The notes under the pieces: generated by a model | Database searches by the model: none | What the model was told of the DNA's origin: nothing | What the model saw: the letters and a program-made list of their open reading frames with translations, nothing else | Assembly (NCBI GenBank): GCA_023251895.1 | Contig: JAHEXX010000001.1 | Location: forward strand, 18,965-71,704 | Length of the DNA: 52,740 nt | Reading direction: 5' to 3' | Origin: a bacterium | GTDB taxonomy: Bacteria > Actinomycetota > UBA4738 > HRBIN12 | Translations under genes and position numbers: made by a program | Part shown: positions 43,304-52,695 of the stretch, piece after piece | Layout of the letters: every line of letters starts with the position of its first letter | Numbering within the stretch: the stretch's first letter is position 1

Positions 43304-44680
43304 ATGTCGGTCAGGGAGTCAGCCGAGGTCGATCTGGGCCGCGTCGATGAGCTGATCGAGCGGGAGGAGACGGCGCTCGAACCCAAGCACCGGGCATCGA
43401 TCGAGTACAAGCAGGTCGTCGCCAAGACCGTGGCCGGCGGGGTTGCCTCCAGCTGGCAGGACGCGCCGCCCCACGCCGTCTTCATCGACCACGGTGAGGG
43501 CAACCGCTTGTGGGACATCGACGGCAACGAGTACGTCGACTACCACCTGGGCTACGGGGCCATGGTGGTCGGCCATGCCCATCCCAAGGTGGTGGAGGCC
43601 GTGGAGCGGCAGATCCACCGGGGCTCCCACTTCGCCCAGCCCACCAGGGACCTCGACGCGGTGGGGGAGAACCTCGTCGAGCGTTTCGGCCTGCCGCTGT
43701 GGCGGTTCTGCAACTCCGGGACCGAGGCCACCCTCGAGGCCGCCCGCCTGATGCGGGCCGTGACCGGCCGGGAGATGCTGATCAAGATCGAGGGCACCTA
43801 CCACGGCCACCACGACTCGCTCATGATCTCGGTGATGCCCGACCCCGACCAGATCGGCCCCCGGGAACATCCGGCCAGCCTGCCCCAGGTCCCCGGGATC
43901 CCGCAGGCCTTCGCCGACCTCGTTCGCGTCGTGCCCTTCAACGACCTGTCGGAAGCGGAGCGAGCGTTCGCCGAGAACGAAGGCAAGATCGCTGGCATGA
44001 TCGTGGAGCCGGCCATGATGAACTGCGGGGTCATCCTGCCCGAGCCCGGCTACCTGAGGGGACTGAAGGACATCTGTCACCGGAACGGTGCCCTGTTCGC
44101 GTTCGACGAGGTGAAGACCGGCGCCACGATCGCCTACGGGGGCGCCGTCGAGGCTTTTGGGGTCCGCCCCGACATCGTGGCCCTGGCGAAAGCCATTGGC
44201 GGCGGGCTGCCGTGCGGCGCGATCGGGGCCACCGAGGAGGTCTTCGCCCGGGTGGTCAGCGGCGAGCTGGACATGGCCGGGACCTACAACGGCAACCCAC
44301 TCACGATGGCGGCCTCCCGAGTCGCGCTGACGGAGATCCTCACGAGGGACGCCTACGATCACTTCGACGACATCCACACCAAGCTGGCCGAAGGGTGCAC
44401 GGCGGTGATCGAGAATCACCGGCTGCCAGCCTACGTGACCGGGCTGGGGGCCAAGGGCTCGGTGATCTACAGCGCGACGCCGGTCAAGGAGTACCGCGAT
44501 TCCCTCGGCATCGACGAGCGGATCACTTACCTGGCGTGGCTGTTCCAGCAGAATCGGGGGGTGTTCAAGTCTCCCTGGTCCAAGCAGGAGACCTGGACCA
44601 CGTCGGTGTGGCACACGGACGAGGACGTCCGCAAGTACGTGGCGAACTTCGAGGAGTTCGCCGCCGCGATCTCGCAGTAG
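43304..44680 (+). CDS. Class III aminotransferase family protein (glutamate-1-semialdehyde 2,1-aminomutase-like)
   Basis: GNEYVDYHLGYGAMVVGHAHP, NSGTEATLEAARLMR, GTYHGHHD, and FDEVKTG (the PLP lysine). Confidence 0.85.
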   Translation: MSVRESAEVDLGRVDELIEREETALEPKHRASIEYKQVVAKTVAGGVASSWQDAPPHAVFIDHGEGNRLWDIDGNEYVDYHLGYGAMVVGHAHPKVVEAVERQIHRGSHFAQPTRDLDAVGENLVERFGLPLWRFCNSGTEATLEAARLMRAVTGREMLIKIEGTYHGHHDSLMISVMPDPDQIGPREHPASLPQVPGIPQAFADLVRVVPFNDLSEAERAFAENEGKIAGMIVEPAMMNCGVILPEPGYLRGLKDICHRNGALFAFDEVKTGATIAYGGAVEAFGVRPDIVALAKAIGGGLPCGAIGATEEVFARVVSGELDMAGTYNGNPLTMAASRVALTEILTRDAYDHFDDIHTKLAEGCTAVIENHRLPAYVTGLGAKGSVIYSATPVKEYRDSLGIDERITYLAWLFQQNRGVFKSPWSKQETWTTSVWHTDEDVRKYVANFEEFAAAISQ

Positions 44681-44715
44681 GGGCCGGACCGAGCACCCGC
44701 AGGGGGGAGAGCGAT

Positions 44716-46089
44716 ATGCCAGCCAACGACCACGTCGAGATCGATCTGGACCTCGTCGAGGAGTTGACCGACAAGGAGACGGCGGCCCTGGACGAGAAGC
44801 ACCGCCGCTCGCTCTCCTACCGGGAGGAGGCCAAGGCCCACCTGCCCGGCGGCGTGTCATCGAGCTGGCAGATGTGGCCCCCGCATCCGATCTACGTGAG
44901 CCGGGGGAAGGGCTCACGCGTCTGGGATATCGACGGGAACGAGTACGTCGACTACCACAACGGCTACGGCGTGATGGTGATGGGCCACGCCCACCCCAAG
45001 ATCGTGGAGGCCGTCCAGAGGCGGGTGGAGCTGGGCACGCACTTCGCGCAGCCCACCGAGGACGCGCTGGCCTGCGCGGAGAACCTGACCGAGCGGTTCG
45101 GGTTGCCGTACTGGCGGTTCGGGAACTCCGGGACCGAGGCCACGCTCGACGCCTGCCGCATCATGCGCGCGCTGACCGGCCGCAAGAAACTGCTGAAGAT
45201 CGAAGGGACCTACCACGGGCACCACGACTCGCTGATGGTGTCGGTGTTCCCCAAGCAGGAGGACGCCGGCCCCCGGGACCATCCGGCCGCGGTCCCGCAG
45301 ACGCTCGGCCTCCCCCAGGAGTTCGTGGATCTCGTGATCAACGTGCCCTTCAACGACGCCGATGCCGCGGCGGAGGCGTTCGAGGAGCACCCGGGCGAGA
45401 TCGCAGGCATGATCGTGGAGCCGGCCATGACCAACTGCGGGCTGGTGCTACCCGACCCCGGCTACCTGGAAGCGCTGAAGGACACCTGCCACCGGCACGA
45501 GGCGGTGCTCGCGTTCGACGAGGTGAAGACGGGCGCCACGCTGGCTTGGGGCGGTGCGGTGGAGGCCTTCGGCGTGACGCCCGACCTGCTCTGCCTGGCC
45601 AAGGCCATCGGCGCGGGCCTGCCGTGCGGCGCGATCGGAGGCACCGAGGAGGCCATGGGCCAGGTGATCCGCGGAGAGCTCGAGCAGGTCGGCACCTTCA
45701 ACGGCAACCCGCTCACGATGGCGGCGATGAAGGTGAACCTGAACGAGGTGCTGACGAAGGACGCCTACGCGGAGTTCGAACGCCTCAACTCGATCCTGGC
45801 CGGCAGCGACGCAATCATCGACAAGTACCGACTGCCGGCCAGCCACAAGATGCTGGGCGCCAAGGGATCGATCGACTGGCGGGCCACGCCGATCCACGAG
45901 TACCGGGACCTGTGGGAGATCGACGATCGGGTGCCGCAGCTGGCGTGGCTGTGGCAGTTGAATAGAGGCGTGTTCAAGTCGCCCGGGTCGAAGTGGGAGA
46001 GCTGGACCACCTCGATCGTGATGACCGATGAGGACGCCCAGCGCTACGTCGACAACTTCGAGGAGTTCGCCGCGGCCATCGCCTCGTAG
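44716..46089 (+). CDS. Class III aminotransferase family protein, tandem paralogue
   Basis: MPANDHVEIDLDLVEEL...; same motif set as the upstream gene (GNEYVDYHNGYGVMVMGHAHP, NSGTEATLDACRIMR, FDEVKTG). The ATG follows GGGGGGAGAGCGAT. Confidence 0.85.
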   Translation: MPANDHVEIDLDLVEELTDKETAALDEKHRRSLSYREEAKAHLPGGVSSSWQMWPPHPIYVSRGKGSRVWDIDGNEYVDYHNGYGVMVMGHAHPKIVEAVQRRVELGTHFAQPTEDALACAENLTERFGLPYWRFGNSGTEATLDACRIMRALTGRKKLLKIEGTYHGHHDSLMVSVFPKQEDAGPRDHPAAVPQTLGLPQEFVDLVINVPFNDADAAAEAFEEHPGEIAGMIVEPAMTNCGLVLPDPGYLEALKDTCHRHEAVLAFDEVKTGATLAWGGAVEAFGVTPDLLCLAKAIGAGLPCGAIGGTEEAMGQVIRGELEQVGTFNGNPLTMAAMKVNLNEVLTKDAYAEFERLNSILAGSDAIIDKYRLPASHKMLGAKGSIDWRATPIHEYRDLWEIDDRVPQLAWLWQLNRGVFKSPGSKWESWTTSIVMTDEDAQRYVDNFEEFAAAIAS

Positions 46090-46191
46090 GTCCTCGACGA
46101 CCGTCTTCGACGGCGGTGAGGTGGATGTCGGATTCGACTCGAGCGCCCGCGCGTGATATAAGCGCTGTCCCACCCCTGTGCGGAGAAGCCC

Positions 46192-47016
46192 ATGAGACGC
46201 CCACTCATCGTCGTGGTTCTGCTGGTCATCCTGGGGATCCCGGCGCCGCCGTCTCAGGCGGCGGGGCAGGGTGTGTTCTCGATCCACTGTTCCCTCTCGC
46301 ATTCCCTCATGGATGACCCCATCGTCTTGTTCGGGCTGCCGGATGCCTCACACCTCCACGAGTTCTTCGGGAACATATCGACCAACGCGTTCTCGACCTA
46401 CGCGGATATGACGGCATCGGGCACCTCGTGCAAGTTCTCGAAGGACACGGCGGGCTATTGGGCACCGGCGCTGGTGGCCCCGGATGGGTCGGTGGTGCAC
46501 CCATCGAACATGAACGCCTACTACCGCGCAACCCCCGCGGGAGGGACGTTCGTGGCTTTCCCGCCGGACCTTCGGTTGATCGCGGGCTACCCCACGGTGA
46601 ACACGGGGACGAACAAGATTCTCGGGTACAACTGCCAGGACTCCGAGCCCTATTCGCCTGTGCCGATCGACTGCACTACGCATAAGAAGCACTTCCTGAA
46701 GGCCCACATCGACTTCCCGAACTGCTGGGACGGGGTGAGCACGGACAGTCCCGATCATCGCAGTCACGTCGTCTACCCCGTGCTGAAGACCTGTCCGGCC
46801 GACCATCCCTACAAGGTCCCCCATCTGAACGTCAATATCACCTATCCGGTGACGGACGCTCGCGGTTACTACCTGGTCTCGGACATGGACAAAGGGGTCA
46901 CCGATGGTCGATCGCTCCACTCCGACTTCTGGAACACCTGGGACCAGGCCGCACTGCAAGACCTCGTCACCAACTGCCTCAACGCCGGGAAGACCTGTCT
47001 GGATGTGACGGGCTGA
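46192..47016 (+). CDS. Secreted DUF1996-like protein
   Basis: Signal peptide ending SQAAG. FSIHCSLSHSLMDDPIVLFGLPDASHLHEFFGN resembles the DUF1996 N-terminal block (recalled, not verified). Confidence 0.6.
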   Translation: MRRPLIVVVLLVILGIPAPPSQAAGQGVFSIHCSLSHSLMDDPIVLFGLPDASHLHEFFGNISTNAFSTYADMTASGTSCKFSKDTAGYWAPALVAPDGSVVHPSNMNAYYRATPAGGTFVAFPPDLRLIAGYPTVNTGTNKILGYNCQDSEPYSPVPIDCTTHKKHFLKAHIDFPNCWDGVSTDSPDHRSHVVYPVLKTCPADHPYKVPHLNVNITYPVTDARGYYLVSDMDKGVTDGRSLHSDFWNTWDQAALQDLVTNCLNAGKTCLDVTG

Positions 47017-47078
47017 GGCGCCCAGGACGCCCGGACCACCCCGTGCTCGTACGCGATCCCCTTTCCTTTGTCCGATGT

Positions 47079-47096
47079 GTTACGATATATCGTGAC
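47079..47096. promoter_or_regulatory. Palindrome GTTACGATATATCGTGAC (core ACGATATATCGT), candidate PadR operator
   Basis: The 12-bp core is perfect and the 18-bp span has one mismatch. It ends 35 nt upstream of the padR-like ATG in an otherwise GC-rich spacer. Confidence 0.55.
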
Positions 47097-47131
47097 CGAT
47101 TGAGAACGATCGTCGAAAGGAGGAGGAGGTC

Positions 47132-47692
47132 ATGCACGGGACTCGTCACGACCACCGTCATCGTCACAGAGAGGAGGCGGGCCCGCCCTGGATGCGCCAC
47201 GCCCGGTTCGCCGGCGGCTGGTTCGGTCCGCCGCCGTGGGTCGGTGGACGCAGGGCCAGGCGAGGGGACGTTCGGGCTGCGTTGCTCGCCGTGTTGGCCG
47301 AGCAGCCCATGCACGGCTACGACATCATCCGGGAGCTGGAAGCCAGGAGCGGCGGGGCCTGGCGGCCGAGCCCCGGCTCGATCTACCCGACGCTCCAACT
47401 GCTCGAGGACGAGGGACTCGTCACGAGCACGGAGCACGACGGCAAGCGCGTGTACTCGATCACCGACACCGGTCGTGCCGAACTCGAGGAGCGACGGGAA
47501 CGCGGAGGTGACGCGCCGTGGGAATTCGGTCAGGCCGGCGAGGGGTTCGCGCAGCTCCGTGACTCGGTGTTCCAACTCGGAGCCGCAGCCATGCAGGTAG
47601 CGCGGGCTGGCTCGGGTCCCCAGCTGAAGCAGGCCGCAGACATCCTCGCCGAAGCCCGCCGGAAGATCTACGCGATCCTCGCCGAGGAGTGA
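47132..47692 (+). CDS. PadR family transcriptional regulator with a His-rich N-terminus
   Basis: MHGYDIIRELEARSGGAWRPSPGSIYPTLQLLEDEGLV is a PadR winged helix. N-terminus is MHGTRHDHRHRHRE. A strong SD (AGGAGGAGGAGG) precedes the start. Confidence 0.85.
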   Translation: MHGTRHDHRHRHREEAGPPWMRHARFAGGWFGPPPWVGGRRARRGDVRAALLAVLAEQPMHGYDIIRELEARSGGAWRPSPGSIYPTLQLLEDEGLVTSTEHDGKRVYSITDTGRAELEERRERGGDAPWEFGQAGEGFAQLRDSVFQLGAAAMQVARAGSGPQLKQAADILAEARRKIYAILAEE

Positions 47693-47762
47693 CCTGCGGT
47701 CACGCGGTGCTCGAGCGTCGCCTCCGGCGGCGTGGCTAGACTTCGGGACCTCACGGACGTCG

Positions 47763-48779
47763 ATGCGGAGGGCGGTGCCGATCATGCCGAAGGGGATCCT
47801 CCAGCGCCTCGCCGAGGGCCCGGTCCTCGGCGACGGAGGCTACCTGCTGGAGCTGGAGAAGCGGGGGTACGTGCAGGCGGGGCCGTTCACGCCCGAGGTG
47901 GCTATCGAGCACCCCGACGCGCTGGAGCAGCTCCACCGGGAGTTCCTGCGTGCCGGCGCCGAGTTCCTGACGACGATGACGTTCTACGCGAGCGACGACA
48001 AGCTCGCCACCGTCGGCATGAAAGACAAGGTCGACGACATCAACCGCAGTGCCGTGCAGGTCGCACGGAAGGTTGCCGCCGAGGGTGACGCTCTCGTAGC
48101 GGGGGACCTGTCGCTCACGTGGGCCTACGAGCCCGACGTCCCTTCGTCCCACGACCACGTGCGTGCCCTCTTCGATCGCCAGCTCGAGGATATGCTCGAT
48201 GCCGGCGGCGTCGACTTCTGGGTCGGGGAGACCTTCTCTCACCTCGGCGAGGCGCTCGTGTTCGTGGAACGGGCCAAACGGACGGGTCTCCCCGTGATGG
48301 TGACGATGTGCTTCGAGCGGCCAACGCCACGGTCCTACGAGGGCGACACGCCGGGGGAGTGCGCGCGGAAGCTGACCGGTGCCGGAGCCGACATCGTGGG
48401 GGTGAACTGCCTGAACGGACCTGCGCAGCAACTGCCGATCGCGATCGAGATGCGGCAGGCCACTGGTGCCTACGTCGCCTCGCAGCCCGTCGCTTACCGC
48501 ACAACGGAAGAGGAGCCCGACTTCACCGCGTGGCTGAACTTCCCCTACGGGCTCTCGCCGATGCAGCTGGCCAGGGCAGAGATGGCCGAGTTCGCGACGG
48601 ATGCGAACGAGGCAGGGATCAACGTGATCGGCTCGTGCTGCGGCTCCGTGGCCGAGCACGTGCGGGCCATGGCCAAGGTGCTCGGCAAGCTCCCCACCGA
48701 GGAGCGGCAGTGGAGATCGCCGAGCGGCAAGCCGATGTCCGGCTACGAGTACCGGGGTCACACCGAGACCGAGGTCTGA
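47763..48779 (+). CDS. Homocysteine S-methyltransferase family protein (BHMT-like)
   Basis: VLGDGGYLLELEKRGY, EHPDALEQLHREFLRAGAE, and the zinc motif IGSCCGS near the C-terminus. ATG 47784 is an alternative start. Confidence 0.75.
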   Translation: MRRAVPIMPKGILQRLAEGPVLGDGGYLLELEKRGYVQAGPFTPEVAIEHPDALEQLHREFLRAGAEFLTTMTFYASDDKLATVGMKDKVDDINRSAVQVARKVAAEGDALVAGDLSLTWAYEPDVPSSHDHVRALFDRQLEDMLDAGGVDFWVGETFSHLGEALVFVERAKRTGLPVMVTMCFERPTPRSYEGDTPGECARKLTGAGADIVGVNCLNGPAQQLPIAIEMRQATGAYVASQPVAYRTTEEEPDFTAWLNFPYGLSPMQLARAEMAEFATDANEAGINVIGSCCGSVAEHVRAMAKVLGKLPTEERQWRSPSGKPMSGYEYRGHTETEV

Positions 48780-48788
48780 CCGCCCGCA

Positions 48789-50396
48789 TCAACGGCGGCG
48801 CTTCTTGAAGTCCCGTAGCGCCTGGTGCGCGGCGGCGTGACCGGGCGCGCCGGTCACGCCGCCGCCCGGGTGTGCCCCCGCTCCACACAGGTACAGCCCG
48901 TCGACCGGCGTCCGGTACTGCGCCCATCCGGGGACCGGGCGCATGAAGAACAGCTGCTCCAGCGTCAGGTCCCCATGGAAGATGTTCCCCTCGGTCAGCC
49001 CGTAGGTCCGCTCCAGGTCGAGCGGCGTCAGCACCTGCATGGCCTCCACGGCGTTCGGGAGGTTGGGCACGTACTCGCCGATCTTCCGCAGCACCCGCTG
49101 CCCCAGGAGGTCCCGGTTGCCGTCCCACGTCCCCTCGCGCAGCTTGTACGGCACGTACTGCACGAAGCAGGTCACGATGTGCTTGCCCTCTAGGGCCAAG
49201 GTGGGATCCACGCCCGAGGCCCACACGCAGTCCACCCATAGCTCCTCTGGGATCTCGCCCATCTTCGCGATGTCGTAGCAGCGCTCCGCGAACTCGAGCG
49301 AGGGGACCAGCGTGAACAGGCTCCGGCGCAGGGGATCGGCGTCGTCCGGCATCCCGGTGACCCTCGGTTCCTCGGACAGGACCAGGTTCACCTTGGCGCA
49401 GGGTCCGGCCATCTTGATCCCCTGGATCCCCTTGCGGAAACCGTCGGGGAGTTCGGTCTCCTCGAGCAACCCCAGGAAGGTTCGCTTGGGGTCGGCGTTG
49501 GACAGGACGATCTTCGAGCGGAACTCCGTTCCGTCCTCGAGGGCCACGCCGACAACCCGCCCGTTCCGCACGATGATGCGGCTCACCTCGGCCGACGTGC
49601 GGACGTCCGCGCCGAAGGACCGCGCCGCCGCGGCCATGGCCTGCGTGATCGAGCCCATGCCGCCGATCACGTGACCGGCGAAGCCCTGGAGTTCCTGCTC
49701 CCCTCCCGAGAGCAGGTGGAACAGCAAGCCGATCGCGGTGCCGGGGTCGTACGGCCCGCCGTGCTTCCCATAGACGTTGTTGGCGAGGAAGACGGTCTTG
49801 ATCTTGTCGGACTCGAAGTTGCGATCGAGGAAGTCGCCGAGCGAGCCGGTCATGAACGAGACCATCTGCGCGACCTCGTCGCGCGTGATCTTCCGGACCC
49901 GCCTGCCCACCCGGAACAGCTCGCGGAGCCCCTGGATGCCGCGGGCCCCGAGGTCGGGGGGCGGCTCGAGGAAGAACGGCTGCAGGTAGCGGGCGAGCTT
50001 CTTCAGCTGCGCCTCGACCTCGAGGAAGGTCGCCGCGTCCTTCTTCGAGATCCGGCTGAACTCTTGGGCGGCCCGGTGGGGTTCGGTCCACCACGGCACG
50101 ACGTCACCGCCCGGGAAGGGGACCTGGATCGCCGGCTCGGAGCCGATCATCTCCAGGCCGTGCCGATCGAGACGCAGATCCCTGATGACCTCCGGGCGGA
50201 GCATGCTCGCCATGTAGGACGTGGTCGAGGCCCGGCAGCCCGGCGCGATCTCCTCGGTAACGCACGCGCCGCCGACGATCTCTCGGCGTTCGAGGACCAG
50301 CGTCGACAGGCCACCGCGGGCCAGGTAGGCGGCCGCGGTCAGGCCGTTGTGGCCGCCGCCCACCACGATCGCGTCGTAGGGATGGGAGCTCGGCAT
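48789..50396 (-). CDS. NAD(P)/FAD-dependent oxidoreductase, phytoene desaturase (CrtI)-like family
   Basis: YDAIVVGGGHNGLTAAAYLARGG (dinucleotide-binding fold), C-terminal GLYLCGAGAHPGGGV. Start taken at ATG 50396 (MPSSHPYDAIVVGGG). Confidence 0.8.
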   Translation of the reverse strand: MPSSHPYDAIVVGGGHNGLTAAAYLARGGLSTLVLERREIVGGACVTEEIAPGCRASTTSYMASMLRPEVIRDLRLDRHGLEMIGSEPAIQVPFPGGDVVPWWTEPHRAAQEFSRISKKDAATFLEVEAQLKKLARYLQPFFLEPPPDLGARGIQGLRELFRVGRRVRKITRDEVAQMVSFMTGSLGDFLDRNFESDKIKTVFLANNVYGKHGGPYDPGTAIGLLFHLLSGGEQELQGFAGHVIGGMGSITQAMAAAARSFGADVRTSAEVSRIIVRNGRVVGVALEDGTEFRSKIVLSNADPKRTFLGLLEETELPDGFRKGIQGIKMAGPCAKVNLVLSEEPRVTGMPDDADPLRRSLFTLVPSLEFAERCYDIAKMGEIPEELWVDCVWASGVDPTLALEGKHIVTCFVQYVPYKLREGTWDGNRDLLGQRVLRKIGEYVPNLPNAVEAMQVLTPLDLERTYGLTEGNIFHGDLTLEQLFFMRPVPGWAQYRTPVDGLYLCGAGAHPGGGVTGAPGHAAAHQALRDFKKRRR

Positions 50397-50499
50397 CGCC
50401 AGAAGTGTAGGAGCCGGCTTGCATCCGAGCAGCGGGGAGGGACCCCCGGTCATGACCTCTAGTCACGACTAGACTGCCGGGACCACTCCGGGAGGGGCG

Positions 50500-50991
50500 A
50501 TGGGCGAGGCGCTGGTGGGCGTGATCATGGGGTCCAGGTCGGACTGGGAGACGATGCGCCACGCGTCGGAGACCCTTGCGTCGCTGGGCGTTCCCCACGA
50601 GACCAGGGTGCTCTCGGCCCACCGGACCCCCGATCAGGTGGCCGAGTACGCGGCCTCGGCCGAGGATCGGGGCCTCGAGGTCATCATCGCGGGGGCCGGC
50701 ATGGCCGCCGCGCTCCCCGGGGTCATCGCGGCGAAGACCACCATTCCCGTTCTGGGCGTTCCCATGGAATCGAAGGTCGACGGGCTGGATTCTCTGCTCT
50801 CGATGGTCCAGATGCCCGCCGGCGTGCCCGTCGGAACCCTCGCCATCGGTCGGGCCGGAGCCGTCAACTCGGCGATCCTCGCCACGAGCATCGTGGCCGC
50901 CCGCCACGGTGAGTTCCGGGAGAAGCTCAAGGCGCTCCGGGAGAAACAGACGGCCGATGTGCTGGCTGACCCCGATCCCTCGGTAGAGTAA
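50500..50991 (+). CDS. purE: 5-(carboxyamino)imidazole ribonucleotide mutase
   Basis: VGVIMGSRSDWETMRHA...VLSAHRTPD...IIAGAGMAAALPGV...PVLGVP is the canonical PurE pattern. Confidence 0.9.
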   Translation: MGEALVGVIMGSRSDWETMRHASETLASLGVPHETRVLSAHRTPDQVAEYAASAEDRGLEVIIAGAGMAAALPGVIAAKTTIPVLGVPMESKVDGLDSLLSMVQMPAGVPVGTLAIGRAGAVNSAILATSIVAARHGEFREKLKALREKQTADVLADPDPSVE

Positions 50992-50995
50992 CGAA

Positions 50996-51265
50996 GTGGC
51001 ATACCCCACATGTCCCGACTGCAAGATGCCCCAGCACGTCGGCGACGAAGCCGTGTCCTACACATGCTTCACGTGCTACGCGGAGGTCCGCTTCTACACC
51101 TGTCCGGACTGCAACTTCACACAGGCCGTCGCCAAGCGATGGGGGCGAGCCTTCACCTGCGGGGCCTGCGAGCGCAGGGTGGAGATGCCACACGCGATCC
51201 CCTACACGCAGGCCGTGAAGGCGATCAGGGCGAAGGGGAGCGGGTACCCGTACCCGAAGATCTGA
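50996..51265 (+). CDS. Small double zinc-ribbon protein (four CxxC pairs), function unknown
   Basis: CPDC...CFTC...CPDC...CGAC in 89 aa. GC3 is high. The GTG start lies 4 nt after the purE stop. Confidence 0.6.
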   Translation: MAYPTCPDCKMPQHVGDEAVSYTCFTCYAEVRFYTCPDCNFTQAVAKRWGRAFTCGACERRVEMPHAIPYTQAVKAIRAKGSGYPYPKI

Positions 51266-51266
51266 G

Positions 51267-51515
51267 CTAGCCCTCGAGGCCGAGGGCGAGCCGGCCCATC
51301 CGGCGCAGGACGACCCCCAGGCCGAACAGGCCACCCCCGTACAGGAGCCCGGCGATCAGGGCGACCGCCAGCTCGCGGTTGACGACGATCTGCTGGATGA
51401 GGGCCAGGGGTCCCACGATGCGGAGGATGCGGCCCATGAAGATCATCGTCCACGCCGTGAAGCTGTGGAGCGCCCTCTCCACATGCCGGCGATCGAACCT
51501 GAAGTGGAACCGCAC
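51267..51515 (-). CDS. Small membrane protein (two predicted TM helices), function unknown
   Basis: 82 aa with a GTG start. Nearly every codon ends in G/C. Hydrophobic stretches: ILRIVGPLALIQQIVV and AVALIAGLLYGGGLFGLGVVL. Confidence 0.5.
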   Translation of the reverse strand: MRFHFRFDRRHVERALHSFTAWTMIFMGRILRIVGPLALIQQIVVNRELAVALIAGLLYGGGLFGLGVVLRRMGRLALGLEG

Positions 51516-51661
51516 CCTGCCCCTCCCCGCAACTTGGTTTGGAGTGTACGTGTACCTCCTACCTACGACAGGGGCGGGACGCGACTTGAATCCTGGATGA
51601 TCTCGGGTGCGCGTAGGCCCTAGGACCGGGCACGCCTGCTCCGTCGGTTACCATCCGGCCG

Positions 51662-52684
51662 GTGAAGCGTCGGCAACCTGAGCGGCAGCGGGACGTGGCC
51701 TTGCGGCCGAGGACGGCTGTCGCCGTGGTGCTCGCAGCCACGCTCGCGGCGGCGGCGTGCACGAGGACCTCACCCGGCGAGGGCTCATCACCTTCCCGCG
51801 CCACCACTTCGCCGCCGAGCCCCTCGGCGACTCGGTCCTCCCCTGCGACCACCGGGCTACACCTCGTGGTCGTCTTCATGGAGAACAAGGGCATCGAGGA
51901 GATCGTTGGGAACCCCGACGCGCCGTACGAGAACTCGCTGATCGGGCGGGGGCGCTCCTTCGACAACTACTTCGGGGTCACCCACCCGTCGCTGCCGAAC
52001 TACCTTTCCTTCGCCGCCGGCTCACCGTGCGGCAAGACCGGAACCGACGACGTGACGGCGCCGGACCCCACGGTGACGTCGGCGTGCGACTCGACGCTGT
52101 GGGGCCAGCTCACGGCCGCGAACGTCACGTGGGGGATCTACGAGGAGGGGATGCCTGGCGTGTGCTCGGATGCCGAGACGTTCCAGGACCAAATGCTTTC
52201 CCATGGCCCCTACGCGCTGAAGCACAACCCGGGCACGCCCTTCGGTTCGATCCACGATTCGTCCCAGTGCCAGAACGTGCAGCCCTTTTCGGCCTTCGAC
52301 CCGGCGAGCCTGCGGCAGGTCTCGTTCATCGCGCCGAACATGTGCAACGACCAGCATGGGTCCAGGGGGGGCCAGTGGGCGGACTGCACGCCGAAGTCCG
52401 CGGGACTGTACAAGCGTGGCGACGACTGGCTGCGCGCGCACGTTCCGCAGATGCTGACGCAAGGGGCGACGGTGTTCATCACCTACGACGAGGACGGGGA
52501 CGAAGGCATCAACGGGACGACGGGCGGCGGGCGCCTGTACGCCGTCGAGGTCGGTCCAGGCATCGAGCCCGGTTCCCACGACGCCACGCAGTACAACCAC
52601 TACTCGCTGCTCGGTGGGATCGAGGATGCCTTCAGCCTCCCGCACTTGCGCGGCGCGAAGGACGTCCCGGCCGTGCGGCTGTGA
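51662..52684 (+). CDS. Phosphoesterase family lipoprotein (acid phosphatase / phospholipase C family)
   Basis: Lipobox LAAAAC. HLVVVFMENKGIEEIVGNPDAPYENSL and HPSLPNYL resemble the phosphoesterase (PLC/AcpA) N-terminal block. Confidence 0.7.
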   Translation: MKRRQPERQRDVALRPRTAVAVVLAATLAAAACTRTSPGEGSSPSRATTSPPSPSATRSSPATTGLHLVVVFMENKGIEEIVGNPDAPYENSLIGRGRSFDNYFGVTHPSLPNYLSFAAGSPCGKTGTDDVTAPDPTVTSACDSTLWGQLTAANVTWGIYEEGMPGVCSDAETFQDQMLSHGPYALKHNPGTPFGSIHDSSQCQNVQPFSAFDPASLRQVSFIAPNMCNDQHGSRGGQWADCTPKSAGLYKRGDDWLRAHVPQMLTQGATVFITYDEDGDEGINGTTGGGRLYAVEVGPGIEPGSHDATQYNHYSLLGGIEDAFSLPHLRGAKDVPAVRL

Positions 52685-52695
52685 CCGATCCCAGG

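Noticed and set aside
43319-46089. 532-aa minus-strand ORF and 859-aa plus-strand ORF spanning both aminotransferase genes.
   Set aside because: These are alternative-frame or antisense shadows. The in-frame class III aminotransferase motifs define two separate genes (43304-44680 and 44716-46089).
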